Positions 8,647-16,887 of a stretch of 64,000 nucleotides of DNA are shown here, piece after piece. Within the stretch, counting starts at the first letter, position 1. The number at the start of each line of letters is the position of its first letter. The DNA is from Porphyridium purpureum (taxonomy: Eukaryota): positions 310,001 through 374,000 of the forward strand of contig VRMN01000010.1 in the NCBI GenBank assembly GCA_008690995.1, in the 5' to 3' direction. The translations under genes were made by a program, and so were the position numbers. The notes below the pieces were generated by a model. The model did not search any database. It was not told the origin of the DNA and saw only the letters and a program-made list of their open reading frames with translations.

Positions 8647-11304
8647 ATGTTGAAAGGATGCATCGGATATGAGATATTCCGCCGCATCCGTGTTTCCCGC
8701 GAGGTGTTTGATGCGCCGCGATGGATCCATGCTAGCGCCGCGGCGCTCAAGAAGAAAAGATTCTGCAAAGCGCGTGCGGGTGGGTTGAAACCAGACAATC
8801 GTCACGAGGGCACGTTCTATGCGATCCGTGTTGGCCGCGACTTGTTCCGCGGCATCGTGTTGAGACACGATGATTACGTGAACTTGATGCGCGGCGCAAT
8901 GAGTGCTAAAGGTCAATCGTTCCGTTTGGCGTTTGACAAAGCCAAGGAGTATTGTATGTCCGGAAGGGGTGGCGGCGCGCAGCGTTTTTATGCGTTCCGG
9001 TACGGCCTTCATGGCGCACGAGGGATCGCGGTACGCAAGCCAGACTTTCAGCATGCCACGAAACGCGCCAATTCGCCTGCTCTCCAGAAGGAGGTGTTTG
9101 CGACCGCAACGCAAGCGATAGTGTATTGTGAACAGGCCGGTACTCCGTTGACAGACTCGAAAGATCTACGCGCATCACTGCGGTTTCTGACGCAAAACAG
9201 GAATCTGCGCGTGTCAAGTTTGTGGTCGCGATATCTGATCCACGGCGACATGAAGGGCCTTTCGCCCAGTGGCCCATTGTACCATCCAGAATCGCCCATC
9301 GCGGAGACCGAACGCCCAAGAGTTGTTGCAGAATCGGCTGCTCTTTCTCCAGCCGCTCTACCTGCTGAATCTACCACTGACACCGGCATAGGTGCCGCGA
9401 CGGTCGGTGATCCCATCAAGGTGCTGGCGCATGAAACCAGCGCAGTCGCGCGTGCGCTTGATCGTGAAGCGTTGGATGATGCTGTGAGGATATCGCAGTC
9501 TCTGCTTAGTTTCGTGGAAAAGCTGCACAAGCAAGTCTTGGATGCCCGGAACGTGAAAGAGCGAGCGGAAAGGCATCGAAAAACACTAGCAGAAATGGAG
9601 CTCATGGCAAAAGAACGCAGTCGATCCATCCTCGAAGCAACAGGAAATGTCGAAACAGCCCGTAACGCAGAGCGCATTGAGGCGTACATTCAAGGAGAAG
9701 CTTTGCCGCGCGATATGAAGGGCTTCACAGCCGTTGCAATGCTTCACTCAGTCCTTCACTTTAGCGAGAGAGACACGAAGCCGCCGATAGGTGTGGATGC
9801 AAGCCGTCTGTTCGTTTCAAGCGAAGCCGCTTCTATCGCGAGGAATTTCAGCATAGCTGGAAGCACGGACACCGCGAAGAAGACTGGCGATCGGGTTGAA
9901 CTTGAGGCGTTGTTGCTGGCTCTCAACTACTTCATTCTGAGGTATTTGGACACTGGCGAGGAAAGCGTGAAACGAATAGTGCTGAAAACGCGCAGCCGGT
10001 ACTGTCTTTCGCGGTGCAACACGTACTTGCCCAAGTGGCGAGCAAAGGGCTGGCGGATGAGCTACAAAGTGAAACATCAAGACCTTTGGGAGGTTTTCGA
10101 TACGCGACTTTTGATACTGCGGTCTGTTTGTGACGTCTCATTCGAGCTTGGAGCTTTTGATGAGCATGCGTTTCACCATTCCCCCACAGTGGGTGGCGGT
10201 GCAGACTTTGCAACGAGAAGTCTTTGGAGCAGCACATACCGCCAAAGTCTTTCGGAAGTTCTTGTCGATGGCTCATTCAGACTATCGCGGATGGGGCGGG
10301 ACAAGGCAAGGATTGGCGTGTATTTCGGGAGTGATTCGTCGTGTAATGTGGCCGCCGTGTGGCCCATCAGTCTTGTGAAACCCAGGACTTCAATGCAAGT
10401 CGAGGTTCTCGCGGCAATTTGCGGACTGGACCAAATTCTGCGCTACACGCTAGCCGGGTCGCGATCGGTACTGCCTTCGACAGAAGAGGTTGTACTTTAC
10501 ACGGACTTCAATACCACACCAAAATTGATCGCCCAGCTGGATGCGTTATGGGCTGATGACCTCGAAACGAACCCTGGGCATCTGTGGAAATGGACCATGG
10601 GACTTTCTGGTGGACAAAATGGCTTGTACCATTCGCAGAATGAGCTGGAAAATCATGCGAGAGGACTTGGTGAGCGGCCTGGCAGAACTGCGCCGCTTTT
10701 TGATTTGCTGACGCCCTTGTATCTTCGGGTACTTCTCGTGCGATGCTTGCGATGGTTGCAAGTGATGTGGGTACCCCGCGAGTCCAACAAGCATGCTCAT
10801 AAGCTAGCTGGCATTGCAAGTGAACTTACGTACAACCAGCAGAACCAGCGAGTCGTCGATGTTGTGGGCGCTCAGATACAGAACTCCCGTCGCATCGAGC
10901 TGGACCGCAATATCATTGCGTCGCTCCACTGCCATCCACGCCTCGCAGAGATGGTGGCACCCATGCCTGGCGTGGCGCAGGAGCTCGAGAATGCTGACGT
11001 AACAGCTGAGAGCACTGATGATGATGATGAGGATCCAAACGCTGGCTCAGACGGTAGTGCTACGGACCAGGACTTTTGGGTCGCTCCAAAGGAACCGGAA
11101 CCGGTGCTCACGGATTCTGACATGGACACGGATGCAGTGAACGAAGAGCGCGAGCCGTCGAATTCGACCATTGACCCTGATTTTCTGATGAAGGACACAT
11201 GGCAGGCGCGAACGGGTTCCGACATTGAGATGGATGACTCAGATTTGGACTCGGATAGGGACGACCACATGTACTACTTTGAGCACGCGTTTGACTCGGA
11301 CTAA
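8647..11304 (+). CDS. Double-HBD family member 4: presequence + module + helical linker + RNase H-like A + RNase H-like B + acidic tail
   Basis: RWIHASAAAL; module; A: AYIQG, ELEALLLAL, LKTRSRYC, KWRAKGW..VKHQDLW; B: VLVDGS, IGVYFGSDSSCNVA, VEVLAA, LYTDF, WVPRESNKHAHKLA. Confidence 0.88.
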   Translation: MLKGCIGYEIFRRIRVSREVFDAPRWIHASAAALKKKRFCKARAGGLKPDNRHEGTFYAIRVGRDLFRGIVLRHDDYVNLMRGAMSAKGQSFRLAFDKAKEYCMSGRGGGAQRFYAFRYGLHGARGIAVRKPDFQHATKRANSPALQKEVFATATQAIVYCEQAGTPLTDSKDLRASLRFLTQNRNLRVSSLWSRYLIHGDMKGLSPSGPLYHPESPIAETERPRVVAESAALSPAALPAESTTDTGIGAATVGDPIKVLAHETSAVARALDREALDDAVRISQSLLSFVEKLHKQVLDARNVKERAERHRKTLAEMELMAKERSRSILEATGNVETARNAERIEAYIQGEALPRDMKGFTAVAMLHSVLHFSERDTKPPIGVDASRLFVSSEAASIARNFSIAGSTDTAKKTGDRVELEALLLALNYFILRYLDTGEESVKRIVLKTRSRYCLSRCNTYLPKWRAKGWRMSYKVKHQDLWEVFDTRLLILRSVCDVSFELGAFDEHAFHHSPTVGGGADFATRSLWSSTYRQSLSEVLVDGSFRLSRMGRDKARIGVYFGSDSSCNVAAVWPISLVKPRTSMQVEVLAAICGLDQILRYTLAGSRSVLPSTEEVVLYTDFNTTPKLIAQLDALWADDLETNPGHLWKWTMGLSGGQNGLYHSQNELENHARGLGERPGRTAPLFDLLTPLYLRVLLVRCLRWLQVMWVPRESNKHAHKLAGIASELTYNQQNQRVVDVVGAQIQNSRRIELDRNIIASLHCHPRLAEMVAPMPGVAQELENADVTAESTDDDDEDPNAGSDGSATDQDFWVAPKEPEPVLTDSDMDTDAVNEEREPSNSTIDPDFLMKDTWQARTGSDIEMDDSDLDSDRDDHMYYFEHAFDSD

Positions 11305-11413
11305 ACGTAAATCTTTTTTGCCGGTAGGGTGCACCTCCCACGCAGCCGTGCGGGTCGTCTGCACGCCGCGCAAAGGGGAGCGCCGGACAGATCTACGGTC
11401 GGCGCTGCCGGCC

Positions 11414-14005
11414 ATGTTGAAATGCGCTGGCAGTAGATGTTTTCGTATTCTCCGCATCACGCGTGCGACCGCACGCCGAGGCATTCACAGCGGGCGCCCG
11501 GAATGGGAAGCGACGCCGGTGGCGCCGGCGTCCGGTCCTCCGCTGGACGGTCCGTTTTACGCGATAGTGAATGGACGTCACCAGTTCCGCGGCGTCGTGT
11601 TGCGCAAGATCGAGGCCGAAGAGCTGGTGAAACGGGATCCGATATCCATGATAGCAGGCCAGATGAGCCCGTTTGCGCACGCGATGCCGACCGAGACGCT
11701 CAAGGAGGCGATCGATTTCTGCTCAGGCGGACGGGGCGCAAATGAATTTTTTGCATTTCGTCACGGGTTGCGCGGTGCACGCGGCATTGTGGTGAAGCCA
11801 AGCGTCTTTTATCGAGTAAGCATGCGGGCGCGGGCGCGCTCGTTCGAGGTTAGAGTCTTTGACAACACGACCCAAGCTCTGATTTTCTGCGAGCAGGCGG
11901 GAACAATGGAGACTGACTGGGAGAGCATGGAGAAAGCCGTCTCCTTCCTGGCTAGAAATCCACAGCTGCATTCGCCCGCGCTGCTGGAGAAATTTGTGGT
12001 CAAGCGAAAGGATGCAAGTCTTCCAAGCGGTCCTCTTCCGATCACCAAAGAACAGATCGATTCCAATCATCAAGGCGCACAACGCTCAGTCGCCGAAAGT
12101 GTGGTCCGATTCCTGACCAGTCGTCCCGTAACCGCTATGGCTCACGAAGTTGTCAGTATTGCTGCGAAGCTTGACGTCCAGCGGCTCAATCAGATTTCCG
12201 ATAAGACACGCGATCTGCTCGGCCTGATGCAGAGGCTTCATGTGACTGCGGTGAGAGCTCTGGAAGCAAAGGCCAGAGAAGAAGATGAACGGCGGACAAG
12301 GGAGTGTGCGCGAAGAGCGCTCGAGGAAGCGTCAATCAAAGCCGATGAGTACCATGCCATACATGCCGAGGCCTACATCCATGGGATGGCTATCGACTGT
12401 TCCGCGACATCGTGCAATGCAGCTGCCGCGCTGTACCTGGTTCAGCACCTTTCTGGCAAGGATGGCATTCGCCCTGTCCACGTGCATGCAACTCGTCTTT
12501 TCGAATCCAGCGAGCACATGGAGCCATGGATGCAATCAAGTGACGACGTGAATCACTTGATACCAAATCGATCCAGCGATCTGCTAGAGGTCGAAGCGCT
12601 TTTATTGACGCTGAACTATTTTATCCTCCACTACCTGGACAATGGAACGTACAGGCTCGAACGTTTGACCTTGAGAACAAAGAGCAAGTACTGTGCGTCG
12701 CGATGCAATACGTACCTCCCAAAGTGGAGGGACAAGGGCTGGAAGATGAGTTACAAGGTGAAGCATCAGGAGCTCTGGCAAGCCGTCGATACTCGACTGC
12801 TGCTTTTGAAATCTCTTTGCGAGGTCACGATCGAGTGGACGTCTTCTGACGATCAACACTGGGATCAAGCGCCTTTTCGCCCTTCGACAAGTGATCTTCG
12901 ATTGCTTTCTGACTGGCTCTGTGAGCAAGACCCGCAAGAAGCTGGCAAAAGAGCGGAAGGCGCTTTGATCCCTGTAAGTGGCCTTGATTTTGCAACCAGA
13001 GGCGTCTGGAGCGATAGTCATACCCAATCCTTCGACTACGTGCATGTTGATGCCTCGCACACTCCAAAGGGACTGAACAGAGCCAAGGCAAGTTTAGGAG
13101 TGCATTTTGGAATCGCAGATTCGCGCAATGTTGCTGCTTTGTGTCCTTCGAACCTGACCGAAGTTGAAGGCTCGTACGGAGTGGAGCTTTTGGCTGCGGC
13201 TTGTGGTCTCGACCAAATTTTGCGCTTCACTTTGGCCGGCTCACCCCATGTGGAGCCAAAGCTAAACGCAGTGACACTGTTTTCTGACTTTCGCCCCTTC
13301 GCAGAGCAACTCGCTGAAATTGATGCTTGCTGGACCGAAGGTTTCGACCTGGCCAAGACAGGGATGTCTCCCTTGTCTGGTCGTTTCTCTGCTATTTGGA
13401 TAGTCATGTATGTGCGCATACTTCTAATACGATACTTTCGACCCTTGATCATCAAGTGGAAGCCCCGCGAGACCAATGAGGCCGCGCACGAGCTTGCGCT
13501 TGTCGGAAAAGATGAAGCATATGACTGCATCCACAACCAGCGCATCGTCAATACGGTGGGTGCGCACGTGCAAAGCACCGAGCATCATGCGCTGGACATG
13601 AAGCTTATTGCATTTCTGCTTCAGATACCAAAGGTCTTTGATGCGACGAGGGAGCATCTAGCCATGTACGGAAGCGAATTGATGACGAGCATGGACTCCT
13701 CGGCTCCATCCAATGACGACAGCGCGATCTTCGATTCTTATCGTCCAGCTCGCGGAAACGAAGCTCTAGCGGGTACTACCATGGACTCCGAAGAGCTTTT
13801 CCACGCTCATGCTCGGTCCGACGACGATGAGCCTGGGGCTGCATCCGACGCAGACTGGAAAGACGACTTCTACTCCTTTCCCGGAGAGACCGAGTCGGAT
13901 GAGTTCACGGACGAATACGGCATGGTGAATGATGAGTCGCCCGCGGATCCTCTAGATGACGATGCGTCCGACATGTGGAGCTATCTGGGCAGGTTCTACG
14001 AGTAG
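11414..14005 (+). CDS. Double-HBD family member 5: presequence + module + RNase H-like A + B + acidic tail
   Basis: RRGIHSG; module; A: AYIHG, EVEALLLTL, TKSKYC, KWRDKGW; B: VHVDAS, LGVHFGIADSRNVA, VELLAA, FSDF, WKPRETNEAAHELA. Confidence 0.88.
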   Translation: MLKCAGSRCFRILRITRATARRGIHSGRPEWEATPVAPASGPPLDGPFYAIVNGRHQFRGVVLRKIEAEELVKRDPISMIAGQMSPFAHAMPTETLKEAIDFCSGGRGANEFFAFRHGLRGARGIVVKPSVFYRVSMRARARSFEVRVFDNTTQALIFCEQAGTMETDWESMEKAVSFLARNPQLHSPALLEKFVVKRKDASLPSGPLPITKEQIDSNHQGAQRSVAESVVRFLTSRPVTAMAHEVVSIAAKLDVQRLNQISDKTRDLLGLMQRLHVTAVRALEAKAREEDERRTRECARRALEEASIKADEYHAIHAEAYIHGMAIDCSATSCNAAAALYLVQHLSGKDGIRPVHVHATRLFESSEHMEPWMQSSDDVNHLIPNRSSDLLEVEALLLTLNYFILHYLDNGTYRLERLTLRTKSKYCASRCNTYLPKWRDKGWKMSYKVKHQELWQAVDTRLLLLKSLCEVTIEWTSSDDQHWDQAPFRPSTSDLRLLSDWLCEQDPQEAGKRAEGALIPVSGLDFATRGVWSDSHTQSFDYVHVDASHTPKGLNRAKASLGVHFGIADSRNVAALCPSNLTEVEGSYGVELLAAACGLDQILRFTLAGSPHVEPKLNAVTLFSDFRPFAEQLAEIDACWTEGFDLAKTGMSPLSGRFSAIWIVMYVRILLIRYFRPLIIKWKPRETNEAAHELALVGKDEAYDCIHNQRIVNTVGAHVQSTEHHALDMKLIAFLLQIPKVFDATREHLAMYGSELMTSMDSSAPSNDDSAIFDSYRPARGNEALAGTTMDSEELFHAHARSDDDEPGAASDADWKDDFYSFPGETESDEFTDEYGMVNDESPADPLDDDASDMWSYLGRFYE

Positions 14006-14333
14006 TTTGTTCTGTACTTAGCACAGCGTGGATGCATGCATAAATTGTACGAAGTGTCTTGCACATCACTTGTTTCCACGTCCACCACATGCGTCTTGCC
14101 TTTGCTCTGTCCTCGGTTGGGGCGGTGAAAGACAAGTCACGGTCGCGTTGAGTCAAGCTTTTATGCGCATCGGCGCGCGAGGTTGGCACGGGCGTGGACG
14201 ACGCCTGTCTTCTTCCTGCCTTCAAGAACGCACGCACAACGCGCGCATCGAATGATTGCATCGTAGCGTGGCCCGGTGCACGCCAGGCTGCAGTCTAACG
14301 ACGGGGAAGCGACGCAGTCGACACAGCAACGAG

Positions 14334-16829
14334 ATGCGCAGACATGTGGCGGCGTGCCATTTCGTGGTGGGCCATGCCTCAGGCGTCCGCCGGTGGATAC
14401 ATGGAAGCGCGGTGACGGAGGGAAAGTATCGTCCTGTGCCAGCCAAAGGCACCAACAAGCTTGTGTGGGTGAAACGTGTGTACGGCGAAGGCCACAATCT
14501 GTTGGTGTGGGGGAACAAGTATGGTTTGCCGTTCGCGCCAGTCATCGACGATAATGTTGAAGACTGGCCAATGAACGGAAATGTGCTCATGTTTGGCCCG
14601 CTTTATGCGATATGGAACGGCCGAGACATGTTCCGAGGCATTGTATTCCGATCTTCCGAGTACAGGCGGTTGGTGGACGGTGTTCCTGGTGCCATGGGAC
14701 GACCAAAGGCGACCATCAGAGAAGCAATTTTGCTTTTCCAGACCGTGTGCGACTATCTGGGACATGTGCAGACTCCATTCTATGCTTTTCGGTGCGGTGT
14801 TGGCGGTACAAGAGGCTTTGCGTTCACTCCGCAGCTAGTCAACCGGGCCGATGCTCCCTCGCTACAGACACAAGAGTTCAGCAATGCGACCCAAGCTCTT
14901 GTGTACTGTGAGCAGGCCGGTACAAGCGGAACCGATTGGCTTAGCTTGGAACGATCGGTCCTGTATCTGATGAATAATCAAAGGCTAGACACTCCGACCA
15001 TGATGTCTCAATATTATGTTCATCAAGAAACGGGTGCTCTTCCCAGCGGACCACCAAGCTTAGCCGGTGATGTGAGCGAAGGGCAGCTTAGTTCAAGCGG
15101 AATAAGCGCAGAATCACGAGAAGATCCTGTGGAAGCCGAGGATCCCTTGGATTCGACCAGCGCAGAGCAGGAAGATCGATTGGATCTGACGGGGACTCTG
15201 AGAGTAGCTGATGACGTAGCTCTCTTTGCAAGCAAGCAGAGCGTCAAATTTTGGACAAAGGCGGGGCGCAAGTACAGAGAGCGTCAGATTAAGATTCTCG
15301 GCCAGCAAATTGGACTTGATAGAAACATTCCCGACCTCGCCCGACGACGATCTCGTCGGCTATTTGGAATGATACGCGCGTTGACTGAGGTTGGGGTCGA
15401 CACGTCTCAAGTGAAGCGATTAGAGTCTCGTGTACTGGAGCCGCAGCCCAGCCCGAGTATGGCAGGAGAGCATCCAGACACAGCACGAAAAAATGAACAC
15501 ATGGACGTTTACGTGCAGGGAATTGCCCGAGCGTATGTTAACAACACGTATATGCGAGACATTTTCAGCGTGGAGCCGCATAGCATGTACAATGCAATGG
15601 CCATTATTCAGCTCGTTTGCCATTCTAGGAATGCTGGAGAGCCGGCTACTTGCCCTGCTCCAGACACGACCCAGAATCTAGTTCACCAAAGTGCCGAGGA
15701 CACATTGTCAACTCACAAAGATGACGGCCACACTGCTTTGCATTTGCGCTCACAGGATGAATGCAACGACTCCTTCCGGACAAAGGTAGAGGCAAACAGA
15801 TACGAGGACGCGAGTCGTCTGTTCCGATCGCGCGACGTATTGCCCACTGTAGGGGAAGTGCTCTCCTCATCCAAGAAGCAGAAACTTTTTAATGACCTCT
15901 TGGAGCTGGAAGCGTTTGTTCTGGCGCTGAACTATTTATTATTGCGAGTCGTGAACAGCACGCAAGACTCGTTGAAGAGCATAACGCTGAAGACGCGCAG
16001 CAAGCTTTGCGTGTCTCGATGCACTCGGTGCCTTTCTGCATGGAGCAAGCAAGGGTGGTGCTCGGTTGACAACGTGAAATACAAGGATCTCTGGGAGGCG
16101 ATTGACTCACGATTGAATATTTTGCGAGGGCGTTGTGACGTGTCTATTGAAAGGGACAATCGACTTCCAGATGACCACCGAATGTGCAGCGCTTGTGAAG
16201 AGACGTTATCCACCGGGGAAAGCGCACCCAGAGGTCCCTTCTTTGCGATCTGGAACGGGCGCACTTCGTTCTTTGGAATTGTAATCAGAGCCTGGGAGAT
16301 GAGAGCATTGGGCCAAGGGGTTAAGTTCAAACGCAATCGAGGCGCCAAAGTCCAGTCAGAGAAGAGAATCATTGATGCGGTCAACGTATTGAGCGACAAG
16401 GTTGTGCATGAATCTGGTGAAGTGCCCTGCTTCTATGCTTTTCGAGATGGATTGATGGGAGCGCGTGGATACGCGATATGTCCCGCGGTTTCCAAGGCGA
16501 TTGCACTTCGCGTCGCAGCACCCTCTCTGGAGAAACGGTTGTTCCCGAACGCCACACAAGCCATGGTATTCTGCGAACTTGCCGAAACCAACATGCAGGA
16601 TTGGCACACGCTAGCAGACGCCGTGCTCTTTTTGGTACGTAACCCGCGTCTCAACTCTGTCTCGATGCACAACAAGTACTTTCTCCAGAACAAGAACCAG
16701 AACATTCCGAAAGGGCCCCTTCGCGGCGCGAGTAGAATGCCTGGCGGTGGTGAATCGGCTGCTCGGCATGACATCAAAAGGGCAGACGCGATGTCTGTCG
16801 TCTCGTCTCCACACACTCTAAATGTCTAG
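14334..16829 (+). CDS. Double-HBD family member 6: presequence + module + RNase H-like A + second module
   Basis: RRWIHGSAV; module at the N-terminus; VYVQG, ELEAFVLAL, TRSKLC, WSKQGW..VKYKDLW; second GPFFAIWNGR...TQAMVFCELAET..DW at the C-terminus. Confidence 0.85.
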   Translation: MRRHVAACHFVVGHASGVRRWIHGSAVTEGKYRPVPAKGTNKLVWVKRVYGEGHNLLVWGNKYGLPFAPVIDDNVEDWPMNGNVLMFGPLYAIWNGRDMFRGIVFRSSEYRRLVDGVPGAMGRPKATIREAILLFQTVCDYLGHVQTPFYAFRCGVGGTRGFAFTPQLVNRADAPSLQTQEFSNATQALVYCEQAGTSGTDWLSLERSVLYLMNNQRLDTPTMMSQYYVHQETGALPSGPPSLAGDVSEGQLSSSGISAESREDPVEAEDPLDSTSAEQEDRLDLTGTLRVADDVALFASKQSVKFWTKAGRKYRERQIKILGQQIGLDRNIPDLARRRSRRLFGMIRALTEVGVDTSQVKRLESRVLEPQPSPSMAGEHPDTARKNEHMDVYVQGIARAYVNNTYMRDIFSVEPHSMYNAMAIIQLVCHSRNAGEPATCPAPDTTQNLVHQSAEDTLSTHKDDGHTALHLRSQDECNDSFRTKVEANRYEDASRLFRSRDVLPTVGEVLSSSKKQKLFNDLLELEAFVLALNYLLLRVVNSTQDSLKSITLKTRSKLCVSRCTRCLSAWSKQGWCSVDNVKYKDLWEAIDSRLNILRGRCDVSIERDNRLPDDHRMCSACEETLSTGESAPRGPFFAIWNGRTSFFGIVIRAWEMRALGQGVKFKRNRGAKVQSEKRIIDAVNVLSDKVVHESGEVPCFYAFRDGLMGARGYAICPAVSKAIALRVAAPSLEKRLFPNATQAMVFCELAETNMQDWHTLADAVLFLVRNPRLNSVSMHNKYFLQNKNQNIPKGPLRGASRMPGGGESAARHDIKRADAMSVVSSPHTLNV

Positions 16830-16887
16830 TACTAGGTCTGACCTGTAAAATGTATAGCGGCGCGCTTGCGTCCACTGCACCTTGTCC

